The notes below the pieces were generated by a model. The model was not told the DNA's origin. It saw nothing but the letters and a program-made list of their open reading frames with translations, and searched no databases. The position numbers and the translations under genes were made by a program. Of a DNA stretch of 64,000 bases, positions 50,852 through 63,539 are shown piece after piece. The stretch's first letter is position 1. Every line of letters begins with the position of its first letter. Source of the DNA: Squalus acanthias (taxonomy: Eukaryota); NCBI GenBank assembly GCA_030390025.1, contig CM059432.1, positions 127,784,001 through 127,848,000 on the forward strand, read 5' to 3'.

Positions 50852-51125
50852 TCACAAGGGTAGTTACTTGGGTGTTCTGTTCTGTTGTCTTTTGTTTTCT
50901 TTAATATTTGACATTGTCATCCTTTTGTGAATGGATTAAACAGAAGTGATGGCAAACAGTTGAAGTTCTGGCCTTTTTGATCTCGGAAATGGAAGTTCCA
51001 CATTGAGGGCTCAGGGCAACTTGCATTTGTAATGATGGTGGTCAGAGTGATAGGAACCCATAGGTTCTTGTACATTGTGTATGGTGTGTTCAGAAGGTGC
51101 CAGCCACATTGTTTGATTCGTCTGC

Positions 51126-52334
51126 TTAAGCGAATCTGGCAAAGATGAGTGCATCCCTTGCATCACGGGTAGCAATGTGCTTGCATGCTGCTGGAACTGG
51201 CGCATTCGCCTCCGCAAGGCCCTCCTCCTCCTCCTCATCTGAGGAGGCTATGTGCTGAGCCACTTGTTCCTCAGGCAGCTGCGAGCCACGATGCTGTGCG
51301 ATGTTGTGCAGTGCACAGCAGACCATGACAATTCTGGAGACCCTAGCTGCTGAATACTGTAGGGCTCCACCTGATCTATCAAGGCATCTGAATTGCATCT
51401 TCAGCAAACCGATGGTTTGCTCGATAATGGATCTGGTGGAAATGTGGCTGGCATTTTAGCGCTCCTCAGCTTCGTTCGATGGCCTCCTTAACGGCGTCAT
51501 CAGCCACATCTTCAGGGGATAGCCATTGTCTCCAAGTAGCCACCCAGAAAGTTGGTTTGGCGGATTGAAGAGCAGAGGCACACTAGACTGGCGCAGGATG
51601 AACGAGTCATGACAACTGCCAGGGTACTTCGCGCAAACATTCAAAATGTCCTTCCTGTGGTTACACACCAGCTGCACGTTGAGGGAGTGGAAGCCCTTGT
51701 GGTTGACAAAAACAGCTGGATTGTGATGGGGTGCCCTAAGGGCCACGTGTGTGCAGTCAACGATGCCTTGAACACTTGGCAAGCCTGCCATATTTGCAAA
51801 GTCACGCGCGGTTACACTTGCTTGATCCGTGGAGAAGTGAATGTAATTGTGCGCCTTGGCAAAGAGGGCATCAGTTACCTGAGTGATGCAGGTGTGTGCG
51901 GCCGACTGGGAGATGCCGCTGATGTCTGCTGATGAGCCCTGGAAGGACCCTGAAGCAAAGAAATTGAGGACGGTGGTGACTTTGACAGCCACTGGTAAGG
52001 GATGTCCACCTGCTCCTCTGGGCTCCAGGTGTTGGTGCAGCATTGCGCAGATGTCACCGACTACCTCTCGCGAAATTCTCAGCCTCCTTTGGCTCTGCTG
52101 CTCCGTCATGTTGAGGAAGGTCATCCTCGGCCTGTAAACCTTGTGTTGGGGGTATCTCCTGCGGCAACGTGCAACCCTGCGCTGACGCCTTCTGCCCTGT
52201 GCACCATCAGGTGGCTGAGCAGGAGGTTGGCGCTCCTGCTGTTGGTGCTGCTGTTGTGCCTGGTTCTGCTGCTGCCACGGCTGCTCGTCCTCCGAATCTG
52301 AGGACCAGGATGAAAGGAAAGAAATGGTTCCCAT
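51126..52334 (-). pseudogene. Harbinger (HARBI1-like) DDE transposase, 402 codons with one premature stop
   Basis: ORFs 51456-52334 and 51126-51407 are in the same frame. Motifs VDCTH, GSCHD, GDNGYPL, IIEQTIGLLK and CCALHN. Confidence 0.95.
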
Positions 52335-52860
52335 GCTGCTGGTAGATATCTCTGTTGAAGAAGCGCTCAGTCAATGTGGGGAGAGGGTTTTCACAGGAGG
52401 TGACAGTGGAGATGGATCTCAGCTTCATCACTTCCAAGATCAGTGGACCTGCAAAAAGTTTTCCAAGACCTGGAAAAACAAAGTTCTGCCACCTGCAATT
52501 GATCCTTGTTGAGAGCTCCGTTTTATGCTGGAGCTGCAGCTGTCAAGAAGGCAGCCCCTTGTGAACCCAACACAATTAGCTGGCGTCATTTGGGGACGAT
52601 GTGCAACATGCTGAAAATATGGTAAAATTTAAAAGGGCAGGCAAAATAGGATTACACAGGCAGTTAACAACCAGTTAATTCCCTTAAGGGCCGATCCCGC
52701 CGCTTGGTGGCAGGACCAAACGAGAGTCTGCAAGCCCGCCTTTGGCAAAGTTGCACAGAGGCGGGTTGATGGCGGGATTGGAACCCGTCGGCATTTTTAG
52801 CCATTTTACCACCTGACCCGCCTCCAAACCCGCCTCCTCAGGGCTGATAAAACTGAGCCC

Positions 52861-53333
52861 AGAGTGTCTCCGCTTCCACCACTTCCGTCGGCAACGAATT
52901 CCAGGTCATCACCACTCGCTGTGTAAAAAAGTTTTTCCTCACATCCCCCGTGTATCTCTTGCCCAAAACCTTAAATCTGTGTCCCCTAGTCCTTGTACCA
53001 TCAACGAGTGGGAACAGCCTTTCCCCGTCTAGCCTATCCAAACCCGTCATAATCTTGTACACCTCTATCAAATCACCCCTCAACCTGCTTTGCTCTAATG
53101 AAAACAAATCCAGCTTCTCCAACCTGTCCTTGTAGCTAAGATCCCCCATCCCCGGAACCATTCTGGTAAATCTCCTCTGCACCCCTCAAGGGCCTTCATG
53201 TCCTTCCTAAAGTTTGGTGATCAGAACTGGACACAATGCTCCAGTTGTGGCCTAACCAGCACTTTATAAAGGTTCAGCATAACTTCTCTACTTTTGTACT
53301 CAATACCTCTATTTATGAAGCCCAAGATCCCAT
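52861..53333 (-). mobile_element. CR1 ORF2 C-terminal segment
   Basis: QRRFTRMVPGM...RLRGDLIEVYKIM...FFTQRVVMTWNSLP. Confidence 0.9.
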
Positions 53334-53742
53334 GGGGGCTAAATTCGGTTGATTTGCGCCTCCCGTTAACACCCTAAGAGGGCGCTAATGGAACGCAAAT
53401 CAACCAGCGCCTGGGCGCGGTGCCGCTAATGCCTCCCGCGAAATTCAGCGGGAGGTTAGCCCCGACTGTAATATTGGGTGGCACCCACCGACTTACCACC
53501 GGACGCTATGTCCGCCGGGGTAGGGGGAGACTACCTGCGGCCGGGGCGGCGCTATTTAAGGGGAGGTGGTGGGCGGCCATTTTTGTTGCTGGCCGCCTGC
53601 CAGCACCTGCCCCCATTGCTGTCCCCGGCCCCCGTGAAGCCCCCCTGCGGGGTGCCGGCTGCTCTCCGTGAGCCCGGCACTCCCGATCCCTGGTGGCCCA
53701 GCTGGGCGCCGGGACACGCTACGCCAGGCCCCTCTCCTTTAA
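53334..53742. mobile_element. Left half of a Harbinger MITE (10498 family), right half deleted
   Basis: Starts GGGGGCTAAATTCGG and is colinear with 10498-10965. Confidence 0.8.
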
Positions 53743-53902
53743 TAACAATGGTGTCACATTTGCCACTTTCCAATCCTCAGGCACCTCCCGCGCATCGAGG
53801 GAAGATTGGAAAATTATCTCCTCCCCCAATTCCCTTGGCAACCTGGGATGCAAGCCATCTGGACCAGGCGACTGGTCCACTCTAAGCATACCCAGCCCTT
53901 CT

Positions 53903-54605
53903 TTTTTTATTCGTTCGTTTTTATGGGATGTGGGCGTCGCTGGCAAGGCCAGCATTTATTGCCCATCCCTAATTGCCCTTGAGAAGGTGGTGGTGAGCCG
54001 CCTTCTTGAACCGCTGCAGTCCGTGTGGTGAAGGTACTTCCATAGTGCTGTTAGGTAGGGAGTTCCAGGATTTTGACCCAGCGACGATGAAGGATCGGCG
54101 ATATACTTCTAAGTCAGGATGATGTGTGACTTGGAGGGGATCCTGGAGGTGGTGGTGTTCCCATGTGTCTGCTGCCCTTGTCCTTCTAGGTGGAAGAGGT
54201 CGCGGGTTTGGGACGTGCTGCCGAAGAAGCCTTGGCGAGTTGTAGATGGTACACACTGCAGCCACGGTACACCGGTGGTGGAGGGAGTGAATGTTTCAGG
54301 TGGTAGATTGGTTGCCAATCAAGCGGGCTGCTTTGTCCTGGATAGTGTCGAGCTTCTTGAGTGTTGTTGGAGCTGCACTCATCCAGGCAAGTGGAGAGTA
54401 TTCCATCACACTCCTTACTTGTGCCTTGTAGATGGTGGAAAGGCTTTGGGGAGTCCGGAGGTGAGACACACGCCGCAGAATACCTAGCCTCTGACCTGCT
54501 CTTGTTGCCACTGTATTTATGTGGCTGGTCCAGTTAAGTTTCTGGTTAATGGTGACCCCCAGGATACTGATGGTGGGGGATTCGGCGATGGTAATGCCGT
54601 TGAAT
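53903..54605 (-). mobile_element. 3' fragment of the CR1/L2-group LINE family, inserted in a CR1
   Basis: ATRAGQRLGILRRV...KKAAHHHLLKGN, as in 26203-26913. Confidence 0.9.
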
Positions 54606-54691
54606 TTCTAGTACATCCTGTCGATCAATTTTCACCCCTTCCATTGCTTCTACCTTTTCCACTTCTACCAATATTTTCTCAGCATCCACCT

Positions 54692-55026
54692 CACAGAATC
54701 ACAGAATCCCCACAGTGCAGATAGAGGCCATTTCGGCCCATCGAGCCTGCACCGACTCCTATCCCACCCTATCCCCATAACCCCACGTATTTAATCCCCC
54801 TAACACTAAGGGTCAATTTTTATCATAGCCAAATCAACCTAACCCGCACATCTTTGGACTGTGGGAGGAAACCGGAGCACCCGGAAGAAACCCGAGCACC
54901 CGGAGGAAACCCACGCAGACACGGGGAGAATGTGCAAACTCCACACAGACAGTCACCCGAGGCCGGATTCGAACCCTGGTCCCTGGCGCTGTGAGGCAAC
55001 AGTGCTAACCACTATACCACCGTGTT
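54692..55026 (-). mobile_element. V-SINE (HE1-like)
   Basis: Reverse complement of the 27665 head and V-domain, with a (CACAGAAT)n tail. Confidence 0.9.
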
Positions 55027-55700
55027 AGTAAACACCGATACAAAGTACTCATTGAGTATTCTAGCCTTGCCCTGCGCCTCTAAGCATACATCACCTTCTT
55101 TGTCTCTAATAGGCCCCACCCCGCCTCTTACTACCCGCTTACTGTTTACATGCCGGTAGAAGATTTTTGAATTCCCTTTTATGTTAACCGCCATTCTACT
55201 CTCATATTCTCTCTTTGCCAATCTTATTTTCATCTTCACATACCCTCTCAACTTATTGTATTTGGTCTGAGTCTCCCTTGAAGAATTCACCTGACATGCA
55301 TCATGCACCCTCTTTTTTTGTTTCATCATCTTCTCTATCTCCCTCGTCATCCAAGGAGCCCTTGCTTTGGTTCCCTTACCCTTCCCTCTTGTTGGAATGT
55401 ACCTAGCCTGTACTTGGAACATCTCCTCCTTAAAGATCACCCATTGTTCCGTTACAGTTTTTCCTGTCAGTCTTTGGTTCCATGTTACCCTGGCTAGATC
55501 CTTTTGTATCCCATTGAAGTTAGCCCTTTTCCAGCTTAGAAGTTCCACTCTAGATTGTTCCTTGCTCCTCTCCATTGCTAATCTAAATCTTATGATACGA
55601 TGATCACTCATACCCAAGTGTTCTCCCACAGACACTTGGTCGACCTGGCCCACCTCATTCCCCAGCACCAGATCCAGCAATGCCTCCTTCCTAGTTGGTT
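55027..55700 (-). mobile_element. CR1 ORF2 endonuclease end and linker
   Basis: PTRKEALLDLVL...SDHRIIRF...PWMT...LNEYFVSVFT, continuing in 54606-54691 and 53743-53900 (SPGPDGLHPR). Confidence 0.92.
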
Positions 55701-56145
55701 GATTGACAATTGACATTTCACTTCTGATGAACGGTCTCCACTTGAAATGTTAACCTATCTTGTCTCCTTCATACCACAGACTACAGCAAGGCTCTTGCTG
55801 TCAGTAGCAACAACTATTGGAATGGCGGTTTTACCTGGTGCACAGGACGGAAAGTGATGCTGGTAACAGATTTAAACATCTTCTGCCAGTAGTACTTGGG
55901 TCAAGTTTGTGATTTTGGGGCTAGCTGTGAATGAGCTGGCCTGTCAGCCTACCCTAAGAAGCCAGCAATGCTGACCTGCATGGACACCCCAACATTGGGG
56001 AAGGTTCCAATCAGCTGGCCAAAATAGCAAAAGTAAAATCCAAGCATCTGTGTACGTACACTTCTCACAGACTGCTTTCCATTGTTACCAAATGTTTCCC
56101 ATAATATGAATGAAGTAAATTTAGCACCAACAGGAGCAACTTGAT

Positions 56146-56468
56146 GCTGCTTTCGGGTGAGACGTTAAACCGAGGCCCCGTCTCCCCTCGAAGGGGACAT
56201 AAAAGATCCCATGGCACTATTTCGAAGAAGAGCAGGGGAGTTATCCCCTGTGTCCTGGCCAATATTTATCCCTCAATCAACATCACTAAAACAGATTATC
56301 TGGTCATTATCACATTGCTGTTTATGGGAGCTTGCTGTGCGCAAATTGGCTGCTGCGTTTCCTACATTACAGCAGTGACTACATTTCAAAAGTGCTTCAT
56401 TGGCTGTAAAGTGCTTTGGGAAGTCCTAAGATTGGGAAAGAGGCTATATAAATGCAAGTTTTTCTTTT
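56146..56468 (+). mobile_element. DeuSINE copy
   Basis: Matches 5830-6150. Confidence 0.85.
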
Positions 56469-57854
56469 GCTGGTTCTGCGATATAAAATAAGTACCAGAT
56501 GCTAATGGTTCTGTTATGCGTTTCCAGTATTTTGTGTCTGGATTTCCAAGGTTGACAATTTTTCTTTTTATCGCCACCTTTAATATGCACTTTTGAAGCA
56601 CAATGTTGTTCGATAAAAACTCTAGCGGCAGGGAACAGACAAATGTTCGTTCTTGACTAAGCTTAGAAAATTCTATTGCAGTGGAGCAAACTTGAGATCA
56701 ACTCCGATATAATCAAATACTGCCAATCAAATACTTTCCAAGCACAAAATTATTTCCATTCACTGCAACATTATAAAAGCATGGAAAAGATTTGTTGTGT
56801 AAGATTAAATATTTGAAAAGTCTCACTTGAAACATTTTTTTTTAACCCATACAAGACCAGTCATTTAAAATCAGTTCCTTAACTTTTTCTCATACCATAA
56901 TAGCTTGTTATTCAAAGAACTCTGTGAGTAGAGATCTCCCGGATCAGCGCAATGATTATGTTTCCAAATCTTCTGTGCTTTTCAATTAGTTATTTTTCCA
57001 ATGTTTGGTTGCTTGCTGCAATATTTTCCACTCTATCATCATTTTCAAATATTTTGCTGACCTTTTACAGTTGTGTATATTAGACTGATGTAAATTGCAC
57101 AACATACAATGTCATCTTGCACTTTTATAGCACCTTTACTGTTCCAAGGTACTTCACAAAGTTGGGGAGGGCGAACAGACTCCCAGTAGGAATTAGGAAA
57201 AGAATTAAGGGGAGCTGACTGAAAGTGCAGAGAGATACATTTTGAAGGTGGGGAGAGATGTAACGAAGTAGAGGGGTTTTGGAAGTGAATTTCACAGTGA
57301 AGGGCTGTGATGGCTGAAGGACTGCCACAATGGTGCAGGGGGGAGATACACGCTCTAAATCTGACATGGAAGAAGAGCAGATGGTGTGAGCTAGGATAGG
57401 AGGGGGAATGTTAGGAAGGGTTCCCACTCCAGATTTATATCTAGTGCCTCCTGTTAAAAAGTGTGAATTGTTGGACATTGGATAAGGACAGAATCTGGCT
57501 CAACTTCTCCAGTCGATTTGCCTGTGCACACTATTTCAGCTCATGCAGGAATGGTCACTTTGGCGAGGTAACAGAGGGCTACTGACAGCCACAGAGCTGT
57601 ACTCCAGCATGAGTCAGCAACTTCAAGAAAAATGGGATGGAAAATAGAGGGGCAAAAGAAAAATAATCAGTTGTAGTTGAAAATACTCATGAGTGCAAAA
57701 ATTAATCATCTTACACTCATTCTGTTTCACAGAACATATACCCAACCCTACACATTTGCTAAAAAGTATAGGGCCAATAATGCAGTCCTGGTGCCATTGT
57801 GAATTGGGAGTAACAATCTGATATGTCAGCAACTTAAATATATATTTTTTAAAT

Positions 57855-59883
57855 TTGTTTTATGGGATGTGGGCGTCGCTGGCAATGCCAGCATTTATTG
57901 CCCATCCCTAATTGCCCTTGAGAAGGTGGTGGTGAGCCACCTTCTTGAACCGCTGCAGTCCGTGTGGTGAAGGTACTCCCACAGTGCTGTTAGGTAGGGA
58001 GTTCCAGGATTTTGACCCAGCAACGATGAAGGATTGGCGATATACTTCTAAGTCAGGATGGTGTGTGACTTGGAGGGGAACTTAGAGGTGGTGATGTTCC
58101 CATGCGCCTGCTGCCCTTGTCCTTCTAGGTGGAAGAGGTCGCGGGTTTGGGAGGTGCTGCCGAAGAAGCCTTGGCGTGTTGCTGCAGTGCATCTTGTAGA
58201 TGGTACACACTGCAGCCACGGTACGCTGGTGGTGGAGGGAGTGAATGTTTAAGGTGGTGGATGGGGTGCCAATCAAGTGGGCTGCTTTGTCCTGGATGGT
58301 GTCGAGCTTCATGAGTGTTGTTGGAGCTGCAGTCATCCAGGCAAGTGGTGAGTATTCCATCACACTCCTTACTTGTGCCTTGTAGATGGTAGAAAGGCTT
58401 TGGGGAGCCGGGAGGTGAGACACTCGCCGCAGAATACCTAGCCTCTGACCAGCTCTTGTTGCCACAGTATTTATGTGGCTGGTCCAGTTAAGTTTCTGGT
58501 CAATGGTGACCCCCAGGATGTTGATGGTGGGGATTCAGCGATGGTAATGCCGTTGAATGTCATGGGGCGGTGGTTAGACTCTCGCTTGTTGGAGAAAGTC
58601 ATTGCCTGGTACTTCTGTGGCGCGAATGTTACCTGCCACTTATCAGCCCAAGCCTGAACATCATCCAGGTCTTGTTGCATGCGGGCATGGACTGCTTCAT
58701 TATCTGAGGAGTTGTGAATGGCACTGAACACTGTGGCGTCATCAGCGAACATCCCCATTTCTGACCTTATGTTGGAGGGAAGGTCATTGATGAAGCAGCT
58801 GAAGATGGTTTGGCCTAGGTCACTGCCCTGAGGAACTCCTGCAGTGATGTCCTGGGGCTGTGATGATTGAACTTCAATCACCACAACCATCTTCCTTTGT
58901 GCTAGGTATGACTCCAGCCAGTGGAGAGTTTCCCCCTCGATTCCCATTGACTTCAGTTTTATTAGGGCTCCTTGATGCCACACTCGGTCAAATGCTGCCT
59001 TGATGTCAAGGGCAGTCACTCTCACCTCACCTCTGGAATTCAGCTCCTTTGTCCATGTTTGGACCAAGGCTGTAATGAGGTCGGGAGCAGAGTGGTCTTG
59101 GCGGAACCCAAACTGGGCATCAGTGAGCAGGTTATTGGTGAGTAAGTGCCGCTTGATAGCACTGTCGATGACACCTTCCATCACTTTGCTGATGATTGAT
59201 AGTAGACTGATGGGGCGGTAATTGGCCGGATTAGACTTGTCCTGCTTTTTGTGGACAGGACATACCTGGGCACTTTTCCACATTGTCGGATAGATGCCAG
59301 TGTTGTAGCTGTACTGGAACAGCTTGGCTAGAGGCGCGGCTAGTTCAGGAGCACAAGTCTTCAGCATGATAGCCGGGATGTTGTCAGGGCCCATGGCCTT
59401 TGCTGTATCCAGTGCGCTGAGCCGTTTCTTGATATCACGTGGAGTGAATCGAATTGGCTGAAGACTGGCTTTTGTGATGGTGGGGACCTCAGGAGGAGGC
59501 CGATATGAATCATCCACTCGGCACTTCTGGCTGAAGATGGTTGCAAATGCTTCAGCCTTGTCTTTTGCACTCATGTGCTGGGCTCCACCATCATTGAGGA
59601 TGGGGATATTCATGGAGCCTCCTCCTCCCGTTAGTTGTTTAATGGTCCACCACCATTCACGACTGGATGTGGCAGGACTGCAGAGCTTTGATCTGATCCG
59701 TTGATTGTGGGATCGCTTAGCCCTGTCTATAGCATGCTGCTTCTGCTTTTTAGCATGCATGTAGTCCTGTGTTGCAGCTTCACCAAGTTGGCACCTCGTT
59801 TTTAGGTAAGCCTGGTGCTGTTCCTGGCATGCTCTTCTACACTCCTTATGGAACCAGGGTTGGTCCCCTGGCTTGATGGTAAT
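57855..59883 (-). mobile_element. 5'-truncated CR1/L2-group LINE with a near-intact RT
   Basis: 489-aa ORF 58471-59940 carrying all the RT motifs. One frameshift near 58530 separates the C-terminus. Confidence 0.95.
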
Positions 59884-59963
59884 AATTTTGACAGCACTCT
59901 GTCCATGAGTAGGGGCAGTTACCCAGTGCCAGCAGCCCATACCAGCTCATATATTACCAGATT

Positions 59964-61365
59964 TACTGGCATCTACCTGACAAAGTGGAAAATTGCCCAG
60001 GTATGTCCTGTCCACAAAAAGCAGGACAAATCCAATCTGGCCAATTACTGCCCCATCAGCCTATTCTAAATCATCAGCAAAGTGATGGAAGGTGTTGTCG
60101 ACAGTGCTATCAAGCAGAAGTTATTCACCAGTAACCTGCTCACCAGTTCTCAGTTTGGGTTCCACCAGGACCACTCGGCTTCAGGCCTCATTACAGCCTT
60201 GGTCCAAACATGGACAAAAGAGCTGAATTCCAGAGGTGAGGTGACAGTGACTGCCCTTGACATCAAGGCAGCATTTGACCGAGAGTGGCACCAAGGAGCC
60301 CTGGTAAAACTGAAGTCAACGGGGATTGTGGGAAAACTCTTCACTGGTTGGAGTCATACCTAGCACAAAGGAAGATGATGGTGGTTGTCGGAGGCCAATC
60401 ATCTCAGCCCTAGGACATCGCTGCAGGAGTTCCTCAGGGCAGTGTCCTAGGCCCAACCATCTTCAGCTGCTTCATCAATGATCTTCCCTCCATCATAAGG
60501 TCAGAAGTGGGGATGTTCGCTGATGATTGCACAGTGTTCAGTTCAATTTGCAATTCTTCAGATAATGAAGCAATCCGTGCCTGCATGCATCCAGGCTTGG
60601 GCTGATAAGTGGAAAGTAACATTCGCACCGCACAAGTGCCAGGCAATGACAAGAGAGAGTCTAACCACCACCCCTTGATATTCATTGGCGTTACCATCAT
60701 AGAATCCCCCACCATCAACATCCTGGGGGTCACCATTGACCAGAAACTTAACTGGACCAGCCACATAAATACTGTGGCTACAAGAGCAGCTCTGAGGCTG
60801 GGTATTCTGCGGCAAATAACTCACCTCCTGACTCCCCAAAGCCTTTCCACGATCTACAAGGTACAAGTCAGGAGTGTGATAGAATACTCTCCACTTGCCT
60901 GGATGAGGTGTAGCTCCAACAACACTCAGGTAGCTCGACACCATACAGGACAAAGCAGCCCGCTTGATTGGTACCCCATCCACCACCTTAAACATTCACT
61001 CCCTCCACCACTGGCGCACCGTGGCTGCTGTGTATACCATCTACAAGATGCACTGCAGCAACTCGCCAAGGCTTCTTCGACAGCACCTCCCAAACCCGCG
61101 ACCTCTACCACCTAGAAGGACAAGGGCAGCAGGCACATGGGAACACCATCACCTCCAAGTTCTCCTCCAAGTCACACACCATCCTGACTTGGAAATATAT
61201 CGCCGTTCCTTCATCATCGCTGGTTCAAAATCCTGCAACTCCCTACCTAACAGCACTGTGGGAGTACCTTCACCACACGGACTGCAGCGGTTCAAGAAGG
61301 TGGCTCACCACCACCTTCTCAAGGGCAATTAGGGTAGGGCAATAAATGCTGGTGCCCAAATCCTG
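59964..61365 (+). mobile_element. Second copy of the same LINE family, opposite orientation
   Basis: WKIAQVCPVHKKQDK...DIKAAFD...FADD...HHHLLKGN with stops and frameshifts. Confidence 0.93.
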
Positions 61366-63539
61366 TGAATGATTTTTTTTTTTAATTACTGAATTCAACT
61401 TCACAATTTGTTGTGGTGGGATTTGACTTGATCGCCATTGGGTTACTAGACCAGTACCATGACCACTAGGCTACCCTACCCTTTACATCTCAATAGGCTG
61501 TCTTGCAAAGCATGTTTTATGTTCTACACTGTAAACATGGTCTACCATCGCAAAGGGAGAAAGCAGTGCACTTTGCCAACTCTTCATCTTTCTAAATGCA
61601 TAGGAAAGCTCATGATCTTTCACGGTACTATGCGATGCTACCATGTCAAAGTGCTGATCATGTTACCAATGACAAATATTTAAAAAAATATTTCGAACCT
61701 TTGTGAAGACTGAACCAACATTTTCCCCAATATTCAACCACATACTTTTATTTAAACATATCCCTTTAAATTTCAGCTGCTAGCCAGATTTTCTGCATGA
61801 CCATTAGGCTGGCTGGTAACATGAGGTAAATCTGTGTTGGGAATTATTGTTAATTACTGAAATGACCTAACCCTGCAAAATTTCAGAGTCAGCTCAGTGT
61901 GCTGTGGGCTAACGTTGCACTGGCAGCCAGCCACTCCTGGAACTGATTTTGCCAGAAGCACAAAAATTGAAGCTTTGATGCTGAATTTAGATACTAAAAG
62001 TCAAAGCATATTTCTTCCAACATTAACAATGTTGAACTTGATGAACAGAAAATTCAACAATAAAAAAACCCAACTCAGGGCCAAAAAGAAGAAAAATAAA
62101 TAGCAAAATGGTGCAATTAATTAATTCTGAATAGTGTGAAAGATCTTGAGCATCACAATGTACTTTTTAACTTATAAGTGTTTCATTTCTGCACTCCCAA
62201 TCTGAAACCTTGCCCACTGGAGCAGACATTGGAAAATCACATCAGGAAGTCCTTAATTTTCTGTCCACAAGTTTTAATGGAGAAAGTAACAAAAAGACGG
62301 CTCCCGTGCAATTTTCTGATGTGCTTTACTCATGGGGAGGCTATACACTGGGAGTGGAAAATGTACTCTATAAGATGCAGCGTTAGATTTGTGGTCAATC
62401 ACAAAAATGTTGCAATATTATAAATTCTTTTATCATCAACCATAAGAGTATTATAATTGACTGCCTCTGTGCTGTCAGCATGTGAAACGGGCGGATCCTG
62501 AGTGACACTCAGGGCCACATGGAAAAGCCTTTCCCACCAACCTCCCCAACTAATTTTTCATGACAAAGACAAATAAATAAGGTCAGAAAATTCGACAGAG
62601 TGCTAGATAGTTTTTTGAGTAAAGATGTGATCAAAATTAGAAATTACGGCCTAGAGATTGGGGAACGCTGGAAACCTGCCGATAACATTGGCGGCCAAGG
62701 ATAACGGCCGCCGGCCGAGAGAGCGCAGGCAGTCCCGGCATTTTGGGACTGGATGCTCATTAACATCAGTGTGGCAGTGATTTTCTTTGCAGCACTAGTC
62801 TCAGAACGTTGCCAAAGGTCGCCTCTACCTCCCACTTACAGTGTAGGGGAACGGGGAAGAAAGGTATGACTCGAACAGTTGCCGTACGTGCTCCAAAAAT
62901 GTTAGCTGCCACCCAATGTTTGTCGATTTTTTATTTGTTTATGACATGAATGCAGATAAAAGAGAACTTAACACAAATCATCTTCAGTCGTTGCAATTGA
63001 GTTCACCCATTGATTGATTGGTAAAAACTTATGGTCGATTCACATTGTATAATTCATGAGGGCTCAATAATTACATGAAATTATTCTCCGATAATACATA
63101 TCCTGGAACATATAATGCTGGCTCATTACATATATTTCTCCATTTAATAAACGAGTAAGTGAAATGTTTATATTCCCTGTTGTGTTGCAAAGACTGAGAG
63201 GTGCATGACTGCAAATGTAGTTGCCAACAGTGAATCCTGTGGTGTCCGCTCATTTATTAAAGGGTTTATCAAAAATACTTGGATAAGTATCTCATCTGGG
63301 AACAGGTCCGGTCGAGGCTAAGTTATTCTTTTGTGCCTAACAGGGCCCGTTGATTATCTGGGTCTATCCATCTGAAATCCAACTGTGAATCTTATCATAT
63401 AATACAGTCTGAATCCACCACCACAGGTCGCGAATATATTTCGATCATGTTTGGTTTTCAGTTTAGGCAGATGGAATTATACTATTAACCTGTATCAATA
63501 AATGGAATAACATTTAATTAAGAGCTGCATCAACGGAAG

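Larger units (their letters stand above)
46088..52860. mobile_element. PIF/Harbinger transposon B (two convergent genes) with two solo-LTR insertions
   Basis: Right TIR AAAACTGAGCCC, left TIR eroded (GGCT), flanks TGA/AGA. Myb gene on + and transposase on -. Confidence 0.9.

Noticed and set aside
51126..52334. Domesticated host HARBI1 gene
   Set aside because: It lies within a TIR-bearing element inserted in a CR1, is paired with a Myb gene and has a premature stop.
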